Shown one piece after another: positions 17,131 through 28,987 of a DNA stretch of 64,000 bases (its first letter is position 1; every line of letters begins with the position of its first letter). The notes under the pieces were generated by a model. The model saw only the letters and a program-made list of their open reading frames with translations. It was not told where the DNA came from and did not search any database. The stretch comes from an uncultured Verrucomicrobiae bacterium (GTDB lineage: Bacteria; Verrucomicrobiota; Verrucomicrobiia; Limisphaerales; JAFGQR01). The stretch covers positions 160,001 through 224,000 of the forward strand of contig CAWBHS010000060.1 of NCBI GenBank assembly GCA_963788655.1. The letters are read 5' to 3'. The translations under genes and the position numbers were made by a program.

Positions 17131-19301
17131 TCAAGCCTCCCTGGCGCCGGGTACTGGAATCGGCATCTCATGAATGCGCGTGCCAGTGGCCCGGAACACG
17201 GCATTCGCAATGGCTGGTGCGATGGCGATGATCGGCGTTTCGCCCGCGCCCACGGGCGGCAAGTCGGGACGATTGAGAAAGTGAATATCCAGTTCCGGTA
17301 CGTCGCTGAAACGCGGCACCAAATATTGCGTGAAACTGGCATTGCGCATCTGGCCGTCGGCAAACCGCATTTCCTCCCGCAAGGCCGGTCCCATGCCCAT
17401 GATGATGCAACCCTGGATTTGGGCGACCAGATTGTCCGGATTCAACACCGGCCCGCACTCGAACACTTCGCAGACGTGGCGCACATCAATCCGGCCACGC
17501 TCGCGATCGAATGGCAATTTCCGCGCACGCCGCCACGACCGATCCTTTTTCTGTGCCGCAGGCCAAGCCGACGCCAACGCCAGGCTGCTTCTGCTTCACC
17601 TTCTCGCTCCAGTTAAATCGCTTGGCGGCTTCCTCCAACACCGCGCGCAACCGTTGGTTCTCGAGGTGCGCCAGACGGAATTCCAAGGCGTCCTTACCTC
17701 CAGCCGCTGCCAGTTCGTCCATGAAACATTCACGGGCAAAATTGTTAGCCGTGGCCGCCAGCGCCCGATAGGAACCCTGCCGCAGCGGTGCGTCCGAACG
17801 CACGAACCGCGAACCGGCCCGTCCCACGCGATAGGGAGTGTCAATGGCCGAACCGCCGGAATTGATGTTGACGTGATACCACGTGCCGATCTTCCCGCGT
17901 TCGTCCAGATTCGCCTCAATATCGATGACCGCGGCGGGCCGGAAATACGCCCAGGTGAATTCCTCTTCGCGGGTCCAACGCAACGACACCGGACGTTCCG
18001 CCGCTTGCGCCAATCGCGCCGCTTCGACCGCCACTTCGCCGGTGTGTTTGCCGCCAAAGCCGCTGCCAAAATCAGGCACGATCACGCGCACCTGGTCGTT
18101 GCGCCGATGAAACGCCCCGACCAATTCGCGATGGAACCCAAAGGGATTTTGCGTGCCGGCCCAAACCGTCAACTCCCCATCCTTCCACTCGGCCAACGCG
18201 GCGCGCGGCTCGAGCGGGGCGTGTTGCACGTAAGCGACGTGATAAGTCTGGCGCAAGGTTTTGGCGTCCGCACCAGCTGCTTCGGCAACCGGGTTTCTGG
18301 ACGCGCCGCCCTGCGCGTGACTGCGAAGGTGGGCATACAGTTCTTTGCTCGACGGATGCGGCGACGATTCCCATTTGGCGGTTTTGGCAATGGCTTCCAA
18401 GGCCTGCCGCGCCTGAAATGAAGTCGGCGCGGCCACGCCCACGAACTGGCCGTCCTGCACCGCCACCACGTCTTTCATGGCTTTGGCGGGTTCGAGATCA
18501 ATCGAGATCAGTCGTGAACCATAGGCCGGCGCGCGCAAGCACTTTCCCATACAGCATGCCGGGACGAATGAGGTCCGAAGGAAACTTGTGCGCACCGGTC
18601 ACCAAGTCGCGCCGATTTGGACGCGGCACCGAAGTGCTCATGACCTTCCATTCCTTCACGGGCGTCAGCGTCACGTCTTGCGGCACCGGCGAAGCGAAGG
18701 TCTTTGCCACCTCGTCGCTTTGTGCCAAGTCGGCATAACTCAGCGTGCGTTGGGTAGCCGGGTGTTTAATCTGGCCGTCGCTTACCTGGACGGTGTTCGC
18801 GCCGACGTTCCAACGTTGGCAGGCCAGTTGCACCAACAGTTCCCGTGCCGCCGCTGCTCCCTTCCGTACCGCTGGCACCGTCGAAGGCGTCGTGCGACTG
18901 CCCGCAGTGAGACCATCGTCCGGCACCAAGCTGGTGTCGGCCAAAAGCATTTGCACCCGCTCCGCCGGCACGCGCAATTCCTCCGCCGCTGACTGGGTCA
19001 ACTCGGCGCGGCTCCCCTGCCCCATTTCGACTTTGCCGCTCAACACGGTGATCGAGCCGTCCTTGCCGAGATGTATGCGCGCCGAGACCGGTGTCCGCCC
19101 GCCTCCGCCACGTCCTCGACCACGACCACTGCGCTGAGCCAGGACAGTTTTGGCGTTCACCGTGATCAGCAGGCCGGCACCCAGAATCTGCACAAACCCG
19201 CGGCGGCTCAGTCCGAAATCGTATCCAACCCGTTCCATGGGCTCGGTGTAATCGGTCATCATTTCCTCGTTCATATCCTGATGCGATTTCATGGTATTCA
19301 T
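17131..19301 (-). CDS. Xanthine-oxidase-family molybdopterin subunit (IorB/aldehyde oxidoreductase-like) with Tat signal; two frameshifts
   Basis: SRRGFVQILGAG (twin-arginine), GKVEMGQG, AAEELRVP, TAGSRT, HAPLEP, GSGFGGK, WTREEEF, YRALAATANNFARECFMDELA, QIQGCIIMGMG and GAGETPIIAIAPAIANAVFRATG, spread over ORFs 18498-19367, 17486-18595 and 17131-17577. Confidence 0.88.
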
Positions 19302-19780
19302 TTCCCGGTTGCAGTCGCCAAGCGTTTGATGGCATTGACAATTCGCGGATAGCCGCAACAGCGGCACAAGTGGCCTTCCATCCGGGTCAGCATGTCCTTC
19401 TCAGTGGGTTTTGGTTTTTCGTTCAGCAGGCCGGCCATGGTCATCATCATGCCGGGGGTACAATAGCCGCACTGAAACGCGCCTTCTTCGAGAAAGACCT
19501 CTTGGACCGGGTGCAGTTTGTCGCCGGTGGCCAATCCTTCGATGGTAAGAATCTGCTTCTGGTCGGCGTCGCTCACGGGAGTGATGCAGGAGTGTGTGCT
19601 CTGGCCGTCCACCAACACCGTGCAAGCGGCGCAGCGGCCCTCGCCACAGCCGAACTTGGATCCGGTCAAGTGCAGGTCTTCACGGAGGACTTCCAACAAG
19701 GGCCGGTCGGGATCCGTGGTCACGATCCGGGGCTGGCCGTTCACAGTGAAACGAAATGTCTTTTCCATAGGGTATGCCAT
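19298..19780 (-). CDS. [2Fe-2S] small subunit (IorA/CoxS-like)
   Basis: LLEVLREDLHLTGSKFGCGEGRCAACTV, FQCGYCTPG and HLCRCCGY. Its stop overlaps the large-subunit ATG. Confidence 0.93.
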   Translation of the reverse strand: MAYPMEKTFRFTVNGQPRIVTTDPDRPLLEVLREDLHLTGSKFGCGEGRCAACTVLVDGQSTHSCITPVSDADQKQILTIEGLATGDKLHPVQEVFLEEGAFQCGYCTPGMMMTMAGLLNEKPKPTEKDMLTRMEGHLCRCCGYPRIVNAIKRLATATGK

Positions 19781-19900
19781 TGTGCATTTCTTGCCGGAAG
19801 ATGCCATCAATTTTTGCGCCATTCTGAACTCGGGCAACTCGGCTGGTTCGCAATAATTGGATTCATCTCGGCAGCCCTGGCCGTTTTCGAACTATCGTCC

Positions 19901-21430
19901 TCAGGGCCGCGCGGCCGAGTTTGTTGGAGCCCCCACCCGTCGGTCCAATTGCGCGTGGTAGAGATTGGCCGGCTGCAACACACCAGGATCAATCACTTCA
20001 AACCACCGACCGCCGAGGTTGGTTTCGGAGGTTCCCTTGCTTTGGACGCCAATGAAATTCATGCGGTCCGGCCCCCAGCCTTGGGGCCAGGATTGAGGTT
20101 GGCGGGCGCGGATGTTCCAGAAGGTTTCGTAGGCTGCGCTGTGCCGCCCGAGGTCGGCGCCGCCGCCTGATTGGAACATACGACTGCCCTGGCCCAAATC
20201 GAGGTCGGTGAACAGGTTGGCGTGCGGCCCGTATTTGTGATGGTCAAAGCAGAGGTCGAGGCCGCGGCCCAGGGTCACTACGTTGCCCGCCGAACCCCGC
20301 GTCATCGTGATATCGTGCATGAACCGGGTGCGGAACTCGAAATTCCGCAGCAGGTTGTCCTGCCCGCCCAGGGTGATGCCATGATGCCCGGTGGCCTTTC
20401 GGGACTTCTCAATCGGCCGGTCTGAAGTGATGAGGATGCCTTGAACGGTGACGTTCACTCCGCTGATAAAGATGCCGCTGTCGCAGTTGTGAATTTGCAG
20501 GTTGCGCAGCCCGCAGTTGCGCGCACCGCTGACCGCGATGGCGTTGTAGCCCACTTCCGTGAAATGCCCCCGATAAGGCGTATTGGGAAACGAAAAGCCC
20601 AAGTCTTCAATGCCCACTTCCTCGACGCTGCTGGCGGCAGCAAACAGGGCAGGACGCCATTCCAGCCGGACTTCCGTCCGCAGTGGCCGGTCAAACTCAA
20701 TGCGCCGGGCGGCGGCATCCACCTTCGTCAAACGGCACGCAAACGACTCGCGCACGCCTCTTAGCTTGGCGAGCGAACCGGGATCGCCGGCGTACAGTTG
20801 GACGGCCAGGGATTTGTCCGGCGTATCCGTCAATCGCAGCACCACGTCATCACCGGCTTTCAACTTCTCACACCCGGATACCGAGAGGGCGCGGTCGCCG
20901 CGCTTTGCCGGCGCGGTCACTTGTGCCAAGGTCTGACGGGACGGGGAGCCGAGCACCTGGAGGAAGCCACCGGACCAGGAATAATTGGAAGTGCGTTGGC
21001 CGGAGGTCGTGGCGCCCCAGTTGGGCTTGATCGTGTTCAGCGGGATGGGAAAGAAGAGCACCGATACCTCCGCGCCCGCGCCTTGCAACACCGTGCCGCG
21101 GTCGCGGATCGTCAGGAAATCCGTAATCTTGTAACGGCCGGGCGGGATGCGGATCACCTTCCCCTTCGAATCAGCTATGGCCTTCTGAAAAGCGGCCGTA
21201 TCATCCGCGATGCCGTCGCCCACCGCGCCAAAGTCCTTTACATTCACCATAGGTTTCACGGTAGGCAGCGGCGCTTCACCCCGGTGATACCCGGCGTAGG
21301 AGAACTCCGGCAGGCGACTTTGCGGCGTCCAGGGTTCACCGTCACGGCCCCACAAGGCGGAGTATTGGGGCGAGGCGGAGGTGCCGCCGACCAGAGCAAA
21401 CAGAAGGCAGGATCTGAGGATGAGTTTCAT
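19901..21430 (-). CDS. Secreted right-handed beta-helix protein (pectate lyase superfamily / GH28-GH55-like N-terminus)
   Basis: Signal peptide MKLILRSCLLFALVGGTSA, then LPEFSYAGYHRGE, VNVKDFGAVGDGIADDTAAFQKAI, IPPGRYKIT and parallel beta-helix repeats. Confidence 0.8.
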   Translation of the reverse strand: MKLILRSCLLFALVGGTSASPQYSALWGRDGEPWTPQSRLPEFSYAGYHRGEAPLPTVKPMVNVKDFGAVGDGIADDTAAFQKAIADSKGKVIRIPPGRYKITDFLTIRDRGTVLQGAGAEVSVLFFPIPLNTIKPNWGATTSGQRTSNYSWSGGFLQVLGSPSRQTLAQVTAPAKRGDRALSVSGCEKLKAGDDVVLRLTDTPDKSLAVQLYAGDPGSLAKLRGVRESFACRLTKVDAAARRIEFDRPLRTEVRLEWRPALFAAASSVEEVGIEDLGFSFPNTPYRGHFTEVGYNAIAVSGARNCGLRNLQIHNCDSGIFISGVNVTVQGILITSDRPIEKSRKATGHHGITLGGQDNLLRNFEFRTRFMHDITMTRGSAGNVVTLGRGLDLCFDHHKYGPHANLFTDLDLGQGSRMFQSGGGADLGRHSAAYETFWNIRARQPQSWPQGWGPDRMNFIGVQSKGTSETNLGGRWFEVIDPGVLQPANLYHAQLDRRVGAPTNSAARP

Positions 21431-22077
21431 AAAAGAAATGCAATTTGAATCGGGGACAACTGAATTGCGCATTGGAACCATGTACTTGAACTTCAAGGTT
21501 GAATCCACAGAAAAGAACAAAGGAAACAGCGTGTTCGAAGCGTTGGCATGTTCACCTGGAAAAAGCAACCCGTGAAGTTTACTTTGCTTGAACCATTCCG
21601 TTTTCGCACCTGCATTGGCTTCTGGAAACCAATTTCACTCCCAGGCAAGAAGTCGCTTTCATGGTCGCTTAACTCCCACGCAATCGAGTCAGACCGTGCT
21701 GTGGTCGGCTGCAAGCGTTACGCTCAAACGGTGGCCGCAGCGCGTTAGCAGTGAATAATTTGTAAGCCTCTCCGCTCAACCCCGGTTCCGGCGCGGAGAA
21801 ATTTGCTGAAAACCGATTCACATTCCTGGAAATCATCGGGCAACCTCGAACTCTATTTGTAAACCGAAACCAGAGACGGTATGGTTAATGTCAAGTATTA
21901 GCCTCAATTGAGGTGTTGCAAAATGCTCGCTCAGCGTAAAACAAGACCTTGTGCATGTCACCTCAGCCAGGGGAGGTGTCCGATGCATCTCTTTAATTTA
22001 AACAACTGTGTGTTTCGCGGTCGCAAGCCGGAACCGTACGGTTTGGTCCACCCAATCTTTGAACAAAACCCCGCCTC

Positions 22078-25000
22078 ATGTTGACCTCTTACCTCAACGT
22101 CAAACTCTCCTTGCTCGGTTTTCCCCCGGTAACCACCCCTGACGGGAGGTGCATGGACGATGTCGTAGCCACGCTCGTTACTCAGTTCCGTGAGAAGGAA
22201 CGTCTGCTCGCCACGCACCTGTGTCCGGCTGATCAGCGCATTCAGAATTTTCTCTATGATTACCTGCAGGACCTGCCGGTGAGCCGATTGCCGTTGCGCA
22301 CGTTGACGCTGGATCGGCCGGGCATGGCGCGGGCATTGTCCCTGCCAGTGGATCGTGACGAGTTTGCTTCCAGCATACTCAATTCATACCGGGTCAAGCA
22401 GGGGGTGTTGCACAATCCCAAAAGCGATCGTCGCACGACCCAGGGCATCTTTCACATCACCGAAGGCGGATTACCCATCCCCAGCGACAAAATTGGAGTG
22501 CCCAAAGTCACCTTCGGAAAAATGCTGGCCCTGGCCTTCAATCCACCCGGCGAACTCCTGCGGTTGCCCTTCACCGCCACCCAAGCGCGGCCCGCCGAAT
22601 GTTTTGTTTCGCTGCTGCTCCGGCCGATGGTGTGTCCGGAAGTTCCGGGTTTCACCCCGCAGAAGTCGATGGAGATTCGCTTTTTTGCGCCCGGCAATCT
22701 CGTCAGCAATCTCGATTTCGTCGAAAGCATTTTTGGCAACGGCGGTGATCCCAATCTGCCCGAAAACGACGCCGGGCTGGATACGCGAGCATTGGACCGG
22801 TCACACCGGCTGCGTCATCCTGGCGCCGCATCTGACGAAAGTGACGAAGCAAGAGGCCGGTTTGCCGGCTTGGGACGACGCCACCGACCGCCAGCGGCGT
22901 GATGGCATGTGCTGGCAGGATGAACAGGAACTCTACAACCATGGCAGCGCCGTTTAAGCTGACTTGCCGTGACGAAACCGGAGTCATCGTCACGCTGATT
23001 GCCGACAACTACTTTGGCTATTGCAAGAAGGAAGTGAAAACGCAGATCAGTTATGCCGCCAATCTGTTCGGTTTGTGCGAAGAGGAGCATGCCGGCGGCG
23101 CGCTGGTCTTTCCCGCTTACGATCTCGGCGAAGAATTCTGCGGCGACATTCACGTCAAGCGCCTGGGGCATACCTTCGCTGAGGTCAGCGCGCGTTACGG
23201 CGACTTCCTCGAAATGAAGCCGGAAGGTTATGCAGTGGACCGTCGCTATCCGGATCTTCTTTACGTGCCGGAAGACGCCCGGTTCGATTTGCACAAACAA
23301 AAGGTTTACTGGTCCACCGAGGGCACGGAACACGCCATCAAATTGCTGCCGAGCGTGACTTACATGCGCCCGTCCGGCTACAAAGTGCGCATGGAAAAAC
23401 CCGGCGCCAACCGCGGTTGGCGGCTGGTGGGCACCGTGGCCGAAGGCACTTTGTGCCATAAGCCCTGCACGGTTTCCGGCGGTGGGAAATCCGAAATTTC
23501 GAAGCCCATTACCGACGCCATTCTGGTGGGGCCAGTATTTGTGGCCGATTTCAAGAATGATTTCGACCAGGTGGCGGAATTGATTGGGCGGGACTATAGC
23601 AACCGTTTCCAGGATCCGACGCGGAAGGATTACCGTTCCATTCTGGCACCGGAACGTTCGCTGGGTTCGGTCATCAAGTTGCTGGTGCCGGACGAGCACG
23701 ACTTCACCCCGGAATACAACGCCTGGCTGGAAACGGTGCCGCAGTATCTGCGGGAACTGGTTTTCGTGGTGAAACGCTATTACAGCCCGGAATGGGGCGA
23801 CCAATGGCGCGGCCATTTCAGTGTGGATATCCTCAACGGCAAGCCGGCCAATGAACTCAAGTGCGACGATCGCAAACTGATCACCACCTACCTGCGCGTG
23901 GGCTTCGAACTGGACGGTTCCTGGCGCACCTTCGGGTTGCGGAAGGATTTTAATCCCGCGATGAAACTTCAGTTGGAGGATGATATCACCGTTTCGTTGG
24001 TGGTACCGCCCGCGCCATTGCCCTCGGTATGGTTCCTCCCCTGAGCCATGGAATGGATACCGGGGCAGGTCAACCTGAATCGACGGGGGCCAGTTCATTC
24101 AAATTTGTGGCGAATGTCGAGGCACGCCTGTTCCAACGCCCGGATGACGCCATTCATCGCGGCTACGATAAAGTCACCGAGGCCGATTTCGTTCGCTCCG
24201 ACAATTTCTTTTCCAACTACGAACCGCTGCCGGCGAACCTGGCCCAGGAATTCGTCGAAGACGCCATTGGCTTTCACCAGTTCACCGAACTGCATGCAAA
24301 CCTTCATCCGCGGGGTGGCCGCCAATGGCGATGGGGGCTATTTCGTTTGCTCCGCCAATCCGCGCCTGGTGGACGGTAAACCCACCAAGAATCCGCGTTA
24401 CCTCCAATTGCGTGGTGATCTGACCACGCCGCGGGATCGTTACCTCACCGAAATGTCCGCCCGGTTGCGCCGGCGGCTGAAGCCCGATCACCCCCTGCAC
24501 GTGCCCGTGGCAGCGGTATTGCCCGGACGCCGCAACAATCCGCCGGAGGTGGGCATCCGTTCGCTGGCCTGTTACAACCCCATTCATTACTTCGAACTGC
24601 CGGAACTGTTCATGGAATTCATTTGCAGCATGACCGGCAAATCGCCCTCCACGACCGGTGCGGGTTCGGAAGGCGGCGCTCACCAAGGGACCCTTCAATG
24701 CGCTGCCGCCCATCATGGATCTCAACAGCGCGCTCCTGGCGTTCATTCTCACGGGGCACCATGCATTTGTCACTGCGGCGGGTTACGTCGGCCCCAACGT
24801 GCGCGTGGATCATGACGTGAGTCTGCTCGTGCCGGAAGTCTGGTGCCGCATGACACCCGAGGAACGGGATCCGAAATTCCTCATCGCTGAACGTTGTCTC
24901 GAAAAATGTCGAGGACTTCGACCTGAGTGGCAAGAAGGTTCTGGCCAGCCGGCTGGGCTATCGCATCACCGCGCGCTTCGTGCGCACCTTTTTTGCCCGC

Positions 25001-25518
25001 GTCTTCAATCATCCGCAAGCCGTCTTTACGGACGAGATGCTGCAGCCGGAATTGCAGGACATGGACATTTTTGTGGACGGCATGGACAACATTGTCGCCA
25101 CGCAGCGACGCGTGGCGAAATTGTATTTCGAAGATGGCAGCATTGCGCAGGCCTGTCCGCCGCTGCAGGCGCTGCTGCACATCATGCTCGAAGACAGTTG
25201 GAAGGGTCACGGCCTCGACTGCATCCGGAATTTCGCCGGATGTTCACGCGCGATTGGTTGCTGTCCAGCGATTGGTACGCCGCGCGGCTGGCGGCGAAAC
25301 AGAAGGTGGACTGCGCGCTTTGGCGGCGGCACGTCGAATACCTGGAGAAATTTCTGAAACGCACCAGTCACGCGGACGAAGCCGCGCGCCTCGGCATTGC
25401 CGACCGGCTGGCCAGCGCCCTAAAGACATTGGTCGAAGTAGAATCCCCGACCTATTTGGACCAACTCACCGGCACTCTGGGCGCCGAGCCAATTGACGCC
25501 TATCTGGCTTCGTCTTGA
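22078..25518 (+). CDS. PPi-dependent phosphoenolpyruvate carboxykinase (PEP carboxytransphosphorylase); several frameshifts
   Basis: Motifs in successive frames: VKQGVLHNPKSDRRTTQGIFHI, PGNLVSNLDFVESIFGN, WTGHTGCVILAPHL, DNYFGYCKKEVKTQISYAAN, EEEHAGGA, CHKPCTVSGGGKSEISK, RLFQRPDDAIHRGYD, TGKSPSTTGAGSEG, LTKGPFNALP and DHDVSLLVPEVW; about 1150 codons in total. The start may be ATG 21983, which follows GGAGGT but is in another frame. Confidence 0.88.
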
Positions 25519-25597
25519 AGGGCAGCATTCGGCGGAAAGATTGTTCCAGAGCGACTTCGGTTCATCTGGAACTGTAAGTGCCGTCGAAGATGTTGAA

Positions 25598-25761
25598 ATT
25601 CCTGGCTTCCGTGAAGCCAAGCGGGCAGTATTATGATGCTCATGAACACGACAAAACCCTTTTCCATCGGCAAAGCCGCTTCCGTCGGACTGTTGCTACT
25701 TGGGTTGTTACCGACCGCCGCGCTCGGCGAGTGGCAGCACGACGACAAAAGCCTGGTGTGG
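25598..25761 (+). repeat. Direct repeat copy 1: truncated duplicate of the upstream region and first 43 codons of the DUF6807 gene
   Basis: Gap-free 164-bp match to 28824-28987 (about 18 mismatches by my count). Encodes MMLMNTTKPFSIGKAASVGLLLLGLLPTAALGEWQHDDKSLVW, then diverges and stops. Confidence 0.92.
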
Positions 25762-25972
25762 ATTGCACAGCGGTTGCAGTAGTCAGCGGCCCGCAAGTGT
25801 CATTAGTGAGGCTGAATTCCTTGCGATCTGATGGTGTCTGCATGCGCGCAGCTTTCCAATATGCATCGGAGGCTCTTTGAATTGAACCGGGAATATCAGC
25901 CGGCACGTGCGGGTCATCCAGTTTGCTTGGTATTGTTTAGGAAATCGCCAGGACAGAACCACATTCCTGACC

Positions 25973-26000
25973 TTGACATGCCGCAAGCCTGCCGTATGCT
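25973..26000 (+). promoter_or_regulatory. Candidate sigma70 promoter
   Basis: TTGACA-16 bp-TATGCT, ending 52 bp before ATG 26053. Confidence 0.55.
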
Positions 26001-26052
26001 AAACATTAGTGATTCTGAGACGAGTCGGCCATCCTCGGACTCCATCTTGCTT

Positions 26053-28588
26053 ATGAAAACTCTAAGGTTTAGTATCCTGCTCGCGGTCGGCTTCTTAATG
26101 GTTGCTCCGGTTGGCGCCTCTCCGCCCTCGGCGGGGCCTTATCAATCGTGGCTGGTGCCAGCCAATACGCCGCTTGGACTGGCCAGCGATGACCAGGGCC
26201 AGCTTTGGGTGCTGGATGATGATGCGGATCAGATTCATAAGGTCAATCCGGCGACGGGCACCAGTAGCCTGGCGGCCACTCTGGATTCCGGGCAATGGCG
26301 AGGACTGACGTTCGGGGAGGGGTTTCTCTGGCTGGCGGGAAGGACGAATATTTACCGCCTTGACCCCACCAATCTTCCGGCCAATCCGAACACCATCACG
26401 TTGGTGGGATCGCCCTTCATCACGAACAGCACGAATGACATCAGCAATCGTGGCCTGGCCTATGGACTGGGGCTGGTCTGGGTGTCTTGGGGCCGGAGAG
26501 TTTACGCCTATGTCAACAACGTGGGGGGCAGCAGTCCTTTTCGCACCTTCACCTACGATCCGAACGATGTGGGGTTCACGGGAGGAGAGCCGGCGGCGGA
26601 CCTGGTGCCCCGGAGCCTGGCCTTCAAGGATTCCTCGCTGTGGATGGTCGCTGAGAGCACTAATGCGCGGCCCCGCCTTTACGAACTGAACCAAATTACG
26701 GGTGACATTCTGGCAGAGTATCCCTTCTATATCGGTGACTGGTGGGGAGCGACGTTTGTTGGAGATGATCTCTGGGTTTTGGACCGCGATCTCTATAGTG
26801 TGACCCGGTATGCCTATGACGTGTCCAACCTGTTCACTGAAGTGTTTGTTCCCTCGACCCGGGCTTTTGTCACTGGGGTGGCTTTCTATACGGCAATTCA
26901 GTTGCCGGTTCCCGGTATTTGGAACTTTCCTTACCTCAGTTCGAAAAGTCTTTTCCCGGATCCGAGCGAGCCTGCTTCCTATCCCAATTGCATACGAGTT
27001 ATCGTCAGTCAACATGGGGTCGGCTCAGCCATGGAGAGTCATTTTCGAAAGGCGATGGCCGCCGCCCAAGAATACGATCCAACGGGAACCGTGGCCGGGG
27101 AAACGATGGTCATTTCACTGCTGCTCATCAACCGCAGTGAAGTCAACACCAGTGCCTCCGATGATATTTTGGACGACACCAATGCCTATCCCTTCATTAA
27201 TCAGGAGGTTCCCGCTGATTTTGTTTATTTCGGCGGCAGCCGGTTCGTGGGGGCGAGGCATATGGACAACCATGGCGTCTCCGCCTTTGACGTTGCGGAT
27301 ACCCTCCTGCAGCGGGCCGTGTCGTTATGTCCCAACCTTGAGAACATAGTCATATGTGGACATTCCGGGGGTGGACAATTCACGCAGCGCTACGCGGCAT
27401 TGAGCACGTTCGAGGATGATGTGGCGCGGCCCAACGGAATCAGCATGCGATATGTCCCGATGAATCCCGGCGCCTACACCTACTTCAATGAAGAACGCTA
27501 TTTGCCAGTGCCCAATTTGTTCGGTCAAATCTGCGATCCAACCGACATGGATCCCCCCCGCCGCCCACAGAGCAGGTAACATGGACTTTGCCTTTCGCCC
27601 TCCCCTGGGCAGCGGCATCCTTGTTGTACCATCTATGCGAGGATCCGTCGAATCCGAGCTCCCCTTTGGGGAGACTTACGTACGACAGATATCCGTTGGG
27701 AATCGGCTCATTCTTTGCCTACAACAATGTCTTCACGCAACTTGAGTTTCCCACCATGAAGTATCAGTACCATGGAAATCGCAGGGCGATCAGTTCATTC
27801 CTTCAGGAACGCCTTTCAACGATCCGTTCGTGGTAAATCTGATCGCGGTAACGGCGGACGCCATCAAGACGCGCTACGCCCGTCGATGTGTGCATTACAC
27901 GGTGGGCTCCAACGATCTGGACCTTTACAATTGCTATCCCGGGAAACCGATGGAAGAGGATGAACCCGCGGCCGGCGAGGTGCTACAGGGATGCAACCGC
28001 TACCAACGCGCGCGCATTTTCTTCCAGCACCTCCGGCGAGTGTTCGGATTCGGCTTCACCCAGACGCACACACTGGCCGAGGTCCCCGGGGTCTCACATT
28101 CCTCCAACGGGATGTATCTTTCCGATGTGGTTCAGGAATACCTCTTCGGCGATCACTGTAACCTCATCGATTCCCGCATATCCGATGTGGCGCCGCAAAT
28201 CCCTCCAAATCAACGGTTGCCAACTCTGGATCCAGACCAAGACGGCCAAAATAACCTGCTGGAAATTGCGTTGAACACGCCGCCCCATATAGCCAGTGAC
28301 GATGGGATTGAGGCGGGCACTTACGCCGAGGGGGGAGGCGCGGCGTATCTGACCATCACGTATCCAGCCTGGATTGGTTTGTCCGGATACCAGGTCCAGC
28401 CTTACGTCTCGGAGTCACTTTTGGGACCTTGGATCGAGCAAGGCGTGGAAGTGAGCCGAGTTCCGATCGATGCAGAAACCGAACGGATCACGATCCGTGA
28501 CGCCGAACCAATCGGGGGAGTGCCATTCGGCCGAGTGACGGAACGTTACATGAGGATCGGCGTAATTCCTGCCCGCCCGCCGATGTGA
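26053..28588 (+). CDS. Secreted multidomain protein: beta-propeller-like repeats, alpha/beta hydrolase and a C-terminal DxDxDG/terminal domain; frameshifted at about 27.55-27.83 kb
   Basis: Signal peptide MKTLRFSILLAVGFLMVAPVGA. Propeller repeats PLGLASDDQGQLWVLD, RGLTFGEGFLW and RGLAYGLGLVW. Nucleophile elbow GHSGGGQFTQRYA, later YTVGSNDLD, QGCNRYQRA and VPGVSHS. C-terminal DPDQDGQNNLLE...ERYMRIGV. Confidence 0.75.
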
Positions 28589-28823
28589 ATGGAAAAGATG
28601 TTATCGGTCCATCCCGCACCCGCCAAAACCGCGCGTTCGGCTCCTACCGATTCCACGCCCGCTCCAACTGCGCCCACGGGACCCACCGTGCTGCAAATAA
28701 TCCCTCGACCAGTCCCCAAAATATTTCCGCGCACCGAGAAAGTGGACGGCTTGAGCGCCAGTTCCACGCGCCTATTCCCCGCCTACTCCATCACGATTCT
28801 GAAGTGCAATCGAACAGGTTAAC

Positions 28824-28987
28824 ATTCCTGGCTTCCGTAAAGCCAGGCAGGCAGTATTATGACGCTCATGAACACGACAAAACCCTTTTCCATCGGCCAA
28901 GCCGCTTCCGTCGGACTTTTGGTGCTTGGATTGTTTCCGACCGCTGCGCTTGGTGAGTGGCAACGCGACGACACGAGCCTGGCGTGG
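28824..28987 (+). repeat. Direct repeat copy 2: intact upstream region and 5' end of the DUF6807 gene
   Basis: Matches 25598-25761 and begins with the hairpin CCTGGCTT-CCGTA-AAGCCAGG. Confidence 0.92.

Noticed and set aside
21805..21822. LacI-type operator-like TGAAAACCGATTCACA upstream of PEPCK
   Set aside because: It is an imperfect single palindrome with no cognate regulator in the window, and cannot be distinguished from chance.
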